From Desulfocapsa sulfexigens DSM 10523 (GTDB lineage: Bacteria > Desulfobacterota > Desulfobulbia > Desulfobulbales > Desulfocapsaceae), in the NCBI RefSeq assembly GCF_000341395.1, contig NC_020304.1:1680001-1712000 (forward strand): DNA of 32,000 nucleotides, in the 5' to 3' direction. The first letter of the stretch is position 1; the number at the start of each line of letters is the position of its first letter. Positions 9,175-18,646 of the stretch are shown here, piece by piece. Below the pieces are notes generated by a model that saw only the letters and a list, made by a program, of their open reading frames with translations, searched no databases and was not told the DNA's origin. A program made the translations under genes and the position numbers.

Positions 9175-9260
9175 ACAACGCTTGTAGTTTGCCTGGTTGT
9201 TGATGGCAGGCTTGAGTGTCTTCTTACGTCCTTGATTTTTCTTGAAAAATAGGTGTATAT

Positions 9261-9608
9261 ATGAAAAAGATTCTCCTTGTGGCCTTTCAGGGGCAGCCCA
9301 TGTGTTTTATTCATGTTTTGCTCAATGGACTTGAGTTGAAAACAGCTGGGCACGAATGTAAGATTATAATAGAAGGTGAGGCCACTACCTTGATCCCTGA
9401 AATAATAAAAGAATCGCATTTTCTTCACGGACTCTACAATCAAGTGAAGGAAGCGGGGTTGATTGAAGGCGTCTGTAAAGCATGTTCTATGAAAATGCAG
9501 GTCTTTGAACAAATAGAAAAAACAGGCCTTCCCTTGCTTGATGACATGTCTGGTCATCCTGGGATGGTGAAATATATTGAAAAGGGCTTTGAAATAGTAA
9601 ATTTCTGA
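9261..9608 (+). CDS. Small DsrE-like cytoplasmic protein, function unknown
   Basis: Compact alpha/beta protein MKKILLVAFQGQPMCFIHVLLNGLELKTAGHECKIIIEGEA... with KACSMKMQV-type Cys motif. Confidence 0.6.
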   Translation: MKKILLVAFQGQPMCFIHVLLNGLELKTAGHECKIIIEGEATTLIPEIIKESHFLHGLYNQVKEAGLIEGVCKACSMKMQVFEQIEKTGLPLLDDMSGHPGMVKYIEKGFEIVNF

Positions 9609-9635
9609 TTTTAAATTTTTAAGGAGGACAGGGAT

Positions 9636-10835
9636 ATGAATCCGGTTAAACTTATCGAAAATGTTTATTGGGTCGGTGCTGTGGACTGGGACGTTCGTGA
9701 TTTTCACGGATATTCTACTAACAGAGGTACCACGTATAATGCATTTTTAATTATGGATGAGAAGATTACTCTCATCGATACCGTAAAAAAATCGTGTAAA
9801 AACGACATGCTTGCCAGGATTAAGGAAATAGTTGATCCTGAAAAGATTGATTACATCGTAGTTAATCACGTGGAAATGGATCATTCCGGAAGTCTTCCAG
9901 ACATGGTCGAACTCATTAAGCCTGAAAAAATCATCTGTTCAAAGATGGGTGAGAAGGCGTTGGTGCAACATTTTCATCATGAAGACTGGCCCTATCAGAT
10001 TGCAAAGCCTGGCGAAGACGTGAGTCTTGGAGAAAAAACACTTTCTTTCCTCGAAACACGGATGCTGCACTGGCCCGATTCCATGTTTACCTATCTTGTA
10101 GAAGACCAGATACTTTTCTCTTCTGATGCCTTTGGTGAGCACCTTGGTACCAGTGAGCGTTTTGATGATGAAGTGGATCAGGCAATTCTTCTGGAAGAGC
10201 TTACAAAATATTATGCCAATATCCTGACCCTCTATTCACCACTGGTAAAGAAGTTGATTGCCAAGGTGAAGGAAATGAATTTACCAATCAAGATGATTGC
10301 TCCGGATCATGGTGTTATATGGCGTAAAAATCCAAACATGGCGATTGAAGCCTACGATAAGTGGAGCCAGGGAAGAGGTGATGGTAATGCCCTTGTGGTT
10401 TATGATACCATGTGGCATTCCACAGAAGAAATGGCCAAACGTGTCGGAGCAGGATTGCAGGATGAAGGTATTTCCTACCAGCTTGTTAATCTGCGTTATA
10501 ATCATCGCAGTGATGTTATGCGTGATGTGCTGAATGCCAGTGCTATTATTCTTGGCTGTCCTACATTGAATAATGGTTTGCTGCCTCGAATGGCTGGATT
10601 CCTGATGTATATGCGTGGATTACGTCCTCTTAATAAAGTTGGTGCTGCTTTTGGCTCTTTTGGCTGGTCAGGTGAGTCTGTAAAGTTACTCAACGAAGCT
10701 ATGACGGATATGAAATTTGATATTGTAGATGATGGACTGAAGGTGAAGTACGTCCCTGAAGATGCTGATTATCAGCAGTGTGTTGAACTTGGCCGGAAAG
10801 TGGGCCAGGCAATTAAGGCAAAACAGGCAGAATAG
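9636..10835 (+). CDS. Flavodiiron protein (rubredoxin:oxygen oxidoreductase type)
   Basis: Metallo-beta-lactamase-like diiron domain (NHVEMDHSG) and flavodoxin domain (YDTMWHSTEEMAKRV...LGCPTLNNG...GAAFGSFGWSGE); AGGAGG upstream. Confidence 0.95.
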   Translation: MNPVKLIENVYWVGAVDWDVRDFHGYSTNRGTTYNAFLIMDEKITLIDTVKKSCKNDMLARIKEIVDPEKIDYIVVNHVEMDHSGSLPDMVELIKPEKIICSKMGEKALVQHFHHEDWPYQIAKPGEDVSLGEKTLSFLETRMLHWPDSMFTYLVEDQILFSSDAFGEHLGTSERFDDEVDQAILLEELTKYYANILTLYSPLVKKLIAKVKEMNLPIKMIAPDHGVIWRKNPNMAIEAYDKWSQGRGDGNALVVYDTMWHSTEEMAKRVGAGLQDEGISYQLVNLRYNHRSDVMRDVLNASAIILGCPTLNNGLLPRMAGFLMYMRGLRPLNKVGAAFGSFGWSGESVKLLNEAMTDMKFDIVDDGLKVKYVPEDADYQQCVELGRKVGQAIKAKQAE

Positions 10836-10843
10836 GATATTTC

Positions 10844-11167
10844 ATGAAAATACATATTGATAAGAACATTGTAGAGTTTATTCCCGAGAACGAGCAGGAA
10901 ACTGCCTCCATGGAAACTCTATGGAGAGTCGTTGTTGATTGTGCTGCTGATAATAAGCGGATGACTGCCATCGGAGAGTATATCCCTTCCAAGCAAAATC
11001 TTGCCAGGTTTCACATTGAAGGCGTTTCAGCAACAACTCAGTATACTGAAGATAAAGCCGTGGAGGAGTGTACCGTTATCTGCACCACCTGTAATAAATA
11101 TATGGCCTTAAAGGGCGGTGATGCAATACCTGTATGCTGCGGGCGCCCCATGGAGACAACTGATTGA
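10844..11167 (+). CDS. Hypothetical protein with C-terminal desulforedoxin-like Cys knuckle
   Basis: Starts 9 nt after the flavodiiron gene; C-terminus CTTCNKYMALKGGDAIPVCCGRPMETTD resembles the N-terminal knuckle of the desulfoferrodoxin at 8304. Confidence 0.7.
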   Translation: MKIHIDKNIVEFIPENEQETASMETLWRVVVDCAADNKRMTAIGEYIPSKQNLARFHIEGVSATTQYTEDKAVEECTVICTTCNKYMALKGGDAIPVCCGRPMETTD

Positions 11168-11194
11168 TCTGAAGTATTTGTAAACGTTTGTAAT

Positions 11195-11231
11195 AAAAAA
11201 AAGCCGATGGAATTATCCATCGGCTTTTTTT
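11195..11231. terminator. Bidirectional rho-independent terminator between convergent genes
   Basis: AAAAAAAAGCCGATGG-AATTAT-CCATCGGCTTTTTTT. Confidence 0.93.
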
Positions 11232-11248
11232 GCCTACCTTTACTGCCG

Positions 11249-13516
11249 TTATCCTCTCAAAAAGTTCAATGCCGAACCGGCCTTAAACCAGTCAATCTGC
11301 TCCTCGTTAAGGGAGTGATTCAAAGTTATTTCCGATGTTGTTCCATCATCATGATTCAACCGTGCAGTGATGGTTGAACCAGGTTTGATTTCAGTAATAC
11401 CCGTTAGATCTATAGTGTCACCCTCCTGAACCAGGTCATAATCAGCAGCATCTGCAAAGGTGAGAGGCAGGATACCCTGTTTCTTCAGATTGGTTTCATG
11501 GATGCGGGCAAATGAGCGGGTAATCACAGCTCTACCACCCATATGGCGTGGACACATGGCGGCATGTTCACGTGATGACCCTTCTCCGTAGTTTGTGTCA
11601 CCTACAACGACCCAGTTTTCACCTGCTGCTGTATACTCTCTCGCAATCGTGTTGTATTCCTGTAATTCACCGGTGAGTTGATTCCTTGCATTACCGGGTT
11701 CACCGGTAAATGCATTTACAGCACCACTGAACATGTTTCCTGAGATGTTATCCAGATGGCCTCTGAAACGGAGCCACGGGCCAGCTGGAGAAATATGATC
11801 GGTGGTACATTTTCCTTTGGCCTTCAACAGTAAATGCAGTCCAGTAAAATCTTTACCGTTCCAGCGGTCAAACGGAGTGAGCAGAGAAAGACGTTCAGAG
11901 TCTGGAGAAACCTGTACCGTAATATTGGTTCTGTCGTCAATTGGCGCGAGAAAGCCTTTATCATCGCGAACAAGTTTCAGGCGCGGTGTTTCATCCACTT
12001 TTCCTGGAGGGGTGAGAGTAAATGTGGATCCATCGGCTGCTGTATATTCTGTGGTAAACGGATTCACGGTGAAACTTCCAGTCATGGCATAGGCAAGACA
12101 GGTTTCAGGACTACCGATGAAAGCACTGGTGCCGGAGTTTCCGTCGTTTCGTTTGGGAAAATTACGATTATAGGATGTGACGATGGAGTTGCGGAATCCT
12201 TCCTCTATACCCTCACGGTTCCATTGACCAATGCAGGGGCCACAGGCATTGGCAAGCAGGGTAGCCCCAATGGCTTCGAGTTTGGCAAGCTGGCCATCCC
12301 GTTCTATGGTGGCTCGAATCTGCTCAGAACCAGGGGTGATGAGCATTGGGATCTTTAATTTGGCACCATGGGCGGCAATTTGCTCTGCCATAACGGTGAT
12401 TCTTCCCATATCCTCATAGGAAGAGTTGGTGCATGATCCCACCAGGGCATAGGTGATGTTTTCAGGATGTCCGCCATCTTTGACGTATTGGGTCATATTG
12501 GCAACGGTGCAGGCACGATCCGGGGAGTGGGGGCCTACAAGATGTGGTTCAAGGGTGGACAGGTCTAGCTCAATCACCTGATCAAAATAATTCTCGGGAT
12601 TGGCGAGTACTTCATCGTCTGCCCGGAGAAGGTGCTTGTATTTATCTGCCACCTGAGCAACATCCTCACGGTTACAGGCTGCAAGGAATGTTGCCATATG
12701 TTCGTCGTAGGGGAAGGTGGAGGTGGTAGCACCAAATTCAGCCCCCATGTTGCAGATAGTTGCCTTTCCTGTGCAGGAGATGGTGTCAGCACCGGGGCCA
12801 AAGTACTCAAAGACACGGTTTGTGCCTCCGGAACAGGTGAGTTTGCCAAGAAGATTAAGGATAACATCCTTTGGGGCAGCCCATCCCTGAAGTTCACCTG
12901 TGAGGTGAACACCTATAAATTTGGGATGCAGTACTTCCCAGGGAAGTCCCACCATTACATCCACGGCATCGGCACCACCAACTCCCGAGGCAAAGGCTCC
13001 AAGGCCACCGGCATGTGGTGTGTGTGAATCGGTACCCAGCATCATTAAACCTGGAAAACCGTACTGCTCAATCACCACCTGATGAATAATTCCCGCTCCC
13101 GGCATCCAGCAGCCAAAGCCATAGCGTTGGGATGCTGAGGAGAGAAAATCGTAGACTTCTCTGTTTTCGATGCGGGCAATATTGAGATCACTTTCGGCAC
13201 CCTTCTGGGCCCTTATGAGATGATCACAGTGAACGGTGACCGGAACTGCGGCTTCATTCTTGTCAGCAAGCATGAACTGAAGCACGGCCATCTGAGCGGT
13301 AGCATCCTGGAGAGCAACGCGATCAGGTCTGGTTTTGATATAAGATGAGCCGGCAACAAGCTCGGCATCATCAGCATTGTCCAGGTGTCCATAGAGGACT
13401 TTTTCACCATAGGTGAGGGCTCGGCCCATACGTTTACGGACGGTTGCAATATTTGCATCCATCTTTTTATATGTGGCTTCAATAAAAGCAGGTGTGGAAT
13501 CAACCGATGTGTTCAT
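11249..13516 (-). CDS. Aconitate hydratase
   Basis: 755 aa; VTVHCDHL, MLGTDSHTPHAGG, VGSCTNSSYEDM, ANACGPCIGQW, NYGEGSSREHAA and C-terminal swivel-domain motifs. Confidence 0.95.
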   Translation of the reverse strand: MNTSVDSTPAFIEATYKKMDANIATVRKRMGRALTYGEKVLYGHLDNADDAELVAGSSYIKTRPDRVALQDATAQMAVLQFMLADKNEAAVPVTVHCDHLIRAQKGAESDLNIARIENREVYDFLSSASQRYGFGCWMPGAGIIHQVVIEQYGFPGLMMLGTDSHTPHAGGLGAFASGVGGADAVDVMVGLPWEVLHPKFIGVHLTGELQGWAAPKDVILNLLGKLTCSGGTNRVFEYFGPGADTISCTGKATICNMGAEFGATTSTFPYDEHMATFLAACNREDVAQVADKYKHLLRADDEVLANPENYFDQVIELDLSTLEPHLVGPHSPDRACTVANMTQYVKDGGHPENITYALVGSCTNSSYEDMGRITVMAEQIAAHGAKLKIPMLITPGSEQIRATIERDGQLAKLEAIGATLLANACGPCIGQWNREGIEEGFRNSIVTSYNRNFPKRNDGNSGTSAFIGSPETCLAYAMTGSFTVNPFTTEYTAADGSTFTLTPPGKVDETPRLKLVRDDKGFLAPIDDRTNITVQVSPDSERLSLLTPFDRWNGKDFTGLHLLLKAKGKCTTDHISPAGPWLRFRGHLDNISGNMFSGAVNAFTGEPGNARNQLTGELQEYNTIAREYTAAGENWVVVGDTNYGEGSSREHAAMCPRHMGGRAVITRSFARIHETNLKKQGILPLTFADAADYDLVQEGDTIDLTGITEIKPGSTITARLNHDDGTTSEITLNHSLNEEQIDWFKAGSALNFLRG

Positions 13517-13567
13517 GGAGTCTCCGGATCTTTTTCTAGGGTCGTTTGTGTTAGGTGACAGGATTTT

Positions 13568-13900
13568 TCAGGAGCGAATATGTTCTTCTTCAAGCATGGT
13601 GTCAATAAGATCAAGTACATATTGGCGTTGTTGTGGTGTCGCATGGGCAATGCAGTCACAATGTAAGTGTGCATTACTGCGAACCAGTAATTCAAAACAG
13701 ACTGAGTCCTTCTCGATTTCGACTCCGAAATAAAAGGGGGCACAATCTGTGTGTTTCTGTTGGACATCGGTAAGTAACTCTTCCGGTATGACTATCCAGT
13801 AAAGCCCGATCATGGGGCCCATTTTTAAATTACGTTTCAGGTAGGAGTCTATATTATCCCGTTCCATGGGGGATAGATCATCAACAACGAATTGGCGCAT
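13568..13900 (-). CDS. Conserved hypothetical protein
   Basis: 110-aa minus-strand ORF in a minus-strand gene cluster; no family recognised. Confidence 0.55.
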   Translation of the reverse strand: MRQFVVDDLSPMERDNIDSYLKRNLKMGPMIGLYWIVIPEELLTDVQQKHTDCAPFYFGVEIEKDSVCFELLVRSNAHLHCDCIAHATPQQRQYVLDLIDTMLEEEHIRS

Positions 13901-14014
13901 GGTATTAAGGTGGTTAAGTTGTAAGGCAGAAGGAAGAAGGGGTTGGGTTGAAAGAAAGAGGACGTGGTATGCGTTATTCCCTTCAGTCTTAGGCCTTCAG
14001 CCTGCAAGCCTGAT

Positions 14015-15331
14015 TTATAAATAGTCGGCAGCTATGGCAGATAGTGGACTCCGTTCACTTTTGTTTAAAGTAATGTGCCCATATATACTATGTCCTTTTA
14101 ATTTTTCAACCGCGTAAGAGAGTCCATTGGAGGCCGAATCAAGATAAGGGTTATCAATCTGCTGTGGATCCCCGGTGAAAACCATTTTGGTGTTTTCGCC
14201 AGCGCGGGAGATAATTGTCTTTACTTCGTGAGGGGTGAGATTCTGGGCTTCATCCACAATGACAAACTGGCGGGGAATAGATCGACCGCGGATGTAAGTG
14301 AGTGCTTCGAGTTCCACCTGATGGGTTTTAAGGAGGTTGTCGACTTTCATCTGGACACGGCCTTCGTCTTCTTCTCTGCGATCATGGCGCATCAGATAGG
14401 TGAGATTGTCAAAGATAGGTTGCATCCAGAGGGTGAGCTTTTCATCCTTAGTTCCTGGGAGATATCCAATATCTTTACCCATGGGAATAACCGGTCTTGA
14501 TACCAGAAGCCGCTCGTAGCTCTCCCTATGAATAACACATTCAAGCCCGGCGGCTAGAGCAAGAAGGGTCTTGCCGGTACCTGCCTGGCCGATCATGGTG
14601 ACCAGGCTGATTTCCGGGTCAAGGAGTAATTCCAGGGCCATACGTTGTTCTTTGGATCTCGGATGGATACTCCATGCCTGTTCGTATTGAGAATTGAGGT
14701 GGGTGAGGTTGTTGTTTCCCGTTGCCCGACCAAGAGCGGAATGTTTAAGGTTTCCTTCGTCCTGGAGAAGGATGAATTCGTTAAGATAAAAATCAAACCC
14801 CTCTGCATCCAGATTTTTATCAGTATAAAAACGGTCGATGACTTCCGAGGGAACTGATGTCTGACGCCAGCCAGTATAAAGATCGTCGACGTTGCATTTC
14901 TGTTTTTCAAAATCCATGGTGTCAATACCAAGGGCATCGGCCTTGAGACGGGCATTAATATCCTTGGAAACGAAAATAACCGAGTGGCCTTCTTCGTGTA
15001 AACTGTTTGCCACGGCCAGGATGCGATTATCGGCCACGCTCATGTCCAGGAGAGCACCCGGCATATCCCGTCGTTCAACTGTGATTTTGAGTATACCCCC
15101 ATTTTCCATGGAAACGCCCTCTTTCAGGGAGCCTGCAATACGGAGTTTGTCCAGTTGTCGGATAACATGTCGGGCATTGCGTCCCAGTTCGTCGTTATGT
15201 CGTTTGAATTTGTCGAGTTCTTCAATGACGGTCATGGGCAGTACGACATAGTTGTCTGCAAAGGAGTTCAGGGAATCTGCATTGTGGAGCAGAACATTGG
15301 TATCAAGAACAAAATATTTCTGGTCACTCAT
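14015..15331 (-). CDS. PIN-domain / PhoH-family ATPase (PhoH2-like)
   Basis: N-terminal PIN domain (FVLDTNVLLHN) and C-terminal PhoH ATPase (GQAGTGKTLLALAAGLE, FVIVDEAQNLTPHEVKTIISRAGENTKMVFTGDPQQID). Confidence 0.93.
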   Translation of the reverse strand: MSDQKYFVLDTNVLLHNADSLNSFADNYVVLPMTVIEELDKFKRHNDELGRNARHVIRQLDKLRIAGSLKEGVSMENGGILKITVERRDMPGALLDMSVADNRILAVANSLHEEGHSVIFVSKDINARLKADALGIDTMDFEKQKCNVDDLYTGWRQTSVPSEVIDRFYTDKNLDAEGFDFYLNEFILLQDEGNLKHSALGRATGNNNLTHLNSQYEQAWSIHPRSKEQRMALELLLDPEISLVTMIGQAGTGKTLLALAAGLECVIHRESYERLLVSRPVIPMGKDIGYLPGTKDEKLTLWMQPIFDNLTYLMRHDRREEDEGRVQMKVDNLLKTHQVELEALTYIRGRSIPRQFVIVDEAQNLTPHEVKTIISRAGENTKMVFTGDPQQIDNPYLDSASNGLSYAVEKLKGHSIYGHITLNKSERSPLSAIAADYL

Positions 15332-15360
15332 GTGCTTTGTGGTTGGTGTAAGGTTTTGTG

Positions 15361-16461
15361 TTAGATATCAAGCCAGGTCGTATCGTTATTTAGTATTTCG
15401 CAGCCATCTTCTCGGACAACGACCATGTTTTCAAGGCGTATACCGCCCCAGCCTGGCAGATAAATGCCGGGTTCTACTGTGACGATCATCCCGGCCTTCA
15501 GTTGCTTACGATTGCGAGACGAGAGGCGTGGCTCTTCGTGCACGGCAAGTCCTACACCGTGTCCGAGCGCGTGGCCAAAGAATTTACCATAGCCCGCATC
15601 ACTAATAACTCTGCGTGCTGCTTTATCCACTGCAGCAGCAGTGACTCCGGCACGTATCTTCTGTATTCCGGCAAGCTGTGCTTTGCGAACCAGTCGATGG
15701 ATTTCAAGGTATTTTTTACTCGCTTTTCCAAGAGTAAAGGTTCTGGTCATGTCGGAGCAGTAGCCATCAAGGATGAGACCCATATCAATCATAAGAGGTT
15801 TATGTTTTTCAATCTTGACGGGTCCGGGAACCGCATGGGGGAGAGCGCTGCGTTCACCTGTGGCTACGATGCTTTCAAAACTGGGCGCTTCAGCACTTCT
15901 CCGGCGCATTGTGGATTCCAGAGCAAGTGCTATGTCGATTTCGGTTTGTCCGGGAACTATTGTTTTATAGACTGTCTGAAATACCTGTTCGTTGAGGAGC
16001 ACAGAGCTGCGAGTTTTCTCAATTTCTTTTTTGTTTTTGATCGTCCGCATCTTTTCAACTATCCCATAAGTCGGATGGAGGGAGATCGAAAGTTTGCTGC
16101 ACATGGTCTGCAGTTTTTCAGCCACATTATGCAAGGTGTAGTGGCTCTCGAAGGCGAGGCTTGAAATCCCAAGATCCGGCAGGAGTTCTTTCAAGAGGGC
16201 CTGCAGTCCTTTTGGGTAGAGCAGAACCCTCATCTCTTTTGTTTCACGTTCAGCCTGGATCTGAAAACGAAAGTCAGTGAGCAGAAGGGGGTTTTTCCGT
16301 GCGGGAATAAGAAGTGATCCGGAGCTTTCTCCGATATCATGGTCAGTGGCTGTGTAGCCGCTCAGGTAACGCCTGTTGTGCGGTTGACTTATGAGGATTG
16401 CATCGATTTTTTTACGCCGCAGTCTCGCCTGTATTTTTTTGATTCGTTTTGTGGTACTCAT
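15361..16461 (-). CDS. M24-family Xaa-Pro aminopeptidase/dipeptidase
   Basis: Creatinase-like N-terminal domain and pita-bread catalytic motifs (PHAVPG, LMIDMGLILDGYCSDMTRTF, GHALGHGVGLAVHE, VTVEPGIY, RLENMVVV). Confidence 0.92.
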   Translation of the reverse strand: MSTTKRIKKIQARLRRKKIDAILISQPHNRRYLSGYTATDHDIGESSGSLLIPARKNPLLLTDFRFQIQAERETKEMRVLLYPKGLQALLKELLPDLGISSLAFESHYTLHNVAEKLQTMCSKLSISLHPTYGIVEKMRTIKNKKEIEKTRSSVLLNEQVFQTVYKTIVPGQTEIDIALALESTMRRRSAEAPSFESIVATGERSALPHAVPGPVKIEKHKPLMIDMGLILDGYCSDMTRTFTLGKASKKYLEIHRLVRKAQLAGIQKIRAGVTAAAVDKAARRVISDAGYGKFFGHALGHGVGLAVHEEPRLSSRNRKQLKAGMIVTVEPGIYLPGWGGIRLENMVVVREDGCEILNNDTTWLDI

Positions 16462-17051
16462 TTGCTGAGCCGCTGTTTCAGGATTTCTTTGCGCTGCTCA
16501 AATGCCTGGGTGTATTGGTCATTCAGGTTGGCCTGAGCCTGGGACCATTCCTTTTGATACTGGGGGTGTCTCGTTGGGTCGATTTTCATTGGGTCGCCGC
16601 TTTCCCCGGTCTGTTCCTGAAGTTGCTGCGCCAGCTGGGCCCTGATGGCATCTTCAAGCTGATGCTTTATCTGTTCTTTGTGCTGGGCGTATTGTTCCAG
16701 GAGCTGGGTTAATTCGGTGCAGACAGATTGCACTTCATCGTCAGCTTCGTGAGAAAGATTGAGGAGACCGGAAAGAGCAGTAGCGCTGCTATTCATAAGC
16801 ATTTCATCTCGTGGTACCACAATGTTTCGGACCAGAGCCTTTACCATTCCACGTCTGACTGCCGCCTGATCCGTGGTTCCCTCCTGCTGCAGGAGTGCCG
16901 ACAGGTCTGATTGCTGTCCGTTCATGAAATCTGTAACCAGGCGCATTCCCTGTTTTTCGTCTTCCTGATCTGCAGGCACGTCCCCAGCACGTGCAGCCAT
17001 CCTTGCCGCACGCTCCATAACCATATCCAGAGTACTTCGTATCTCAGCCAT
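16458..17051 (-). CDS. Hypothetical protein, helical Q/E-rich
   Basis: Start set at MAEIRSTL (17051), preceded by AGGACAT; overlaps the next gene's ATG by 4 nt. Confidence 0.65.
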   Translation of the reverse strand: MAEIRSTLDMVMERAARMAARAGDVPADQEDEKQGMRLVTDFMNGQQSDLSALLQQEGTTDQAAVRRGMVKALVRNIVVPRDEMLMNSSATALSGLLNLSHEADDEVQSVCTELTQLLEQYAQHKEQIKHQLEDAIRAQLAQQLQEQTGESGDPMKIDPTRHPQYQKEWSQAQANLNDQYTQAFEQRKEILKQRLSK

Positions 17052-17249
17052 AATGTCCTGTTTAAAGTATAATAAAAAAGAAAAAAACCTGATGCTCTTT
17101 GTACCATAGGAGATCGATATCTTCATTGAAAATAACAGCCATGGTCTTGATGATACAATGCAGGAAATATACCGGGTTTGGGGACGATATGGGAGAAGGT
17201 TTTGAGCCTACGACTTTGGGGCTAAATATGCCTGAGGCAATATTTCTTA

Positions 17250-18632
17250 TTATCTTTTAAGGGTCTTAAGTGATGCTTCTGCTAACCGCTTCAGTCTGGC
17301 GCCGAAAAATCCATCAATTTCATTCCCAGGTAATGGTGCGAAAAAGTTTTTATTGCAAAGTGAGTGGGCTTTGGACGGAAGGGAGGCTGAGCATTCTTCC
17401 AGGATAAAATCTGTATTGGCTGCCAGAAAGCGTTCGATGACCTGCTCATTTTCTTCCTCCTGAAGGGAACAGGTTGCGTATACCAGAGTGCCACCAGGAA
17501 GAAGAAGAGTGGTCCCTGCTTGTAAAAGCTCAAGCTGAATTTCCTGATATCGGTTCAGATCTTCAGGCCGTCTGTTCCAGCGTATGTCGGGATGGCGACG
17601 AATAACACCGGTTCCAGAGCAGGGGGCGTCAAGTAGGATGCCGTGAAATCGTTTACTGGTTATAGTTGCGAGTTCCTGTAGTGTGCCGGAGAACAGGGGG
17701 ATGTCAAGATCAGGGTGAAGGCGTTTCATATTCTCGGTGAACCTGGTGCGGCGACCTTTGTCCGGCTCTGCTGCTGCAACACTCGCCATAGGAGTTTTTG
17801 CCATCTGGATCAGAACACTTGTCTTACCACCCACCCCAGCGCAGGCATCAAGATATTCACCTTTATCTGTCATGGGACCTACAAGATGTGCTAATAACTG
17901 AGCTCCCTGATCCTGAATCTGGAAATGTCCTTCAGTAAAACCGGGAATCTCATGGACAGTTCCATTAAAGTCTTCTAGAATCAGAGTATTGTAACAGTAT
18001 TTACCGGAATGGCTGTTTATGCCGTTCTGAGACAGAATTTTGCCAAATGTGTCTCTGTCGGTGACGCAGGAGTTGATTTGCAGACTGAGGGCAGCCTGAT
18101 CATTGTTTTGCCTGCAGATACGTAAGGTCTCAAGCCTGCCATATCGTTTTTCCCAACTTTTTGTCAGCCACTCGGGGTGGTTGAGGATGGGGCTGGCAGG
18201 GTTTTCAGTAAGGGAGAGTAGCTCCTCACGTTTACGAATGGCATTGCGCAACACGCCGTTGACGAATCCGTGAAGCCTTTTAGGCAAATGCATAGCCTGT
18301 AACGCTTTCACCGATTCATTGACCGCCGCAGATTCCGGGATGCGATCAAGGTACATGATCTGAAAAAGGCCAACTCTAAGGGCCTGGAGAACAAAAGGAT
18401 GGAATTTCTTGAGCGGTTGCCTGCAAAGATATTGCAGCATGATGTCGAGTGACTCCCGGTTACGAAGCAAACCGAAAATGAGATTTGCAGCTAATTGTCG
18501 GTCATTGTTTTCAAGAGGATGCTCGGTCAGTACGCTGGTAAAAATGGTATTGACTGGGGTTCGACTTTTTTGTAACTCACACAGAGTGGTAATTGCGACA
18601 AAACGGGCGGATTTGTTCCGTGGGGAAGGCAA
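17250..18632 (-). CDS. rsmB: 16S rRNA (cytosine-967-C5)-methyltransferase
   Basis: N-terminal NusB-like domain, SAM-binding GEYLDACAGVGGKT, LDAPCSGTGVIRRHPDIRW, YATCSLQEEENE. Confidence 0.94.
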   Translation of the reverse strand: MPSPRNKSARFVAITTLCELQKSRTPVNTIFTSVLTEHPLENNDRQLAANLIFGLLRNRESLDIMLQYLCRQPLKKFHPFVLQALRVGLFQIMYLDRIPESAAVNESVKALQAMHLPKRLHGFVNGVLRNAIRKREELLSLTENPASPILNHPEWLTKSWEKRYGRLETLRICRQNNDQAALSLQINSCVTDRDTFGKILSQNGINSHSGKYCYNTLILEDFNGTVHEIPGFTEGHFQIQDQGAQLLAHLVGPMTDKGEYLDACAGVGGKTSVLIQMAKTPMASVAAAEPDKGRRTRFTENMKRLHPDLDIPLFSGTLQELATITSKRFHGILLDAPCSGTGVIRRHPDIRWNRRPEDLNRYQEIQLELLQAGTTLLLPGGTLVYATCSLQEEENEQVIERFLAANTDFILEECSASLPSKAHSLCNKNFFAPLPGNEIDGFFGARLKRLAEASLKTLKR

Positions 18633-18646
18633 GGGGGCTGTTGTCC

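Noticed and set aside
9156-9707. 183-aa minus-strand ORF over the DsrE-like gene
   Set aside because: Antisense shadow ORF spanning an operon with good plus-strand RBS and starts; no recognisable motifs.
11834-12358. 174-aa plus-strand ORF inside aconitase
   Set aside because: Antisense shadow of a full-length aconitase with all catalytic motifs.
15502-16164. 220-aa plus-strand ORF opposite the M24 peptidase
   Set aside because: Antisense to a gene with complete metallopeptidase motifs; no independent support.
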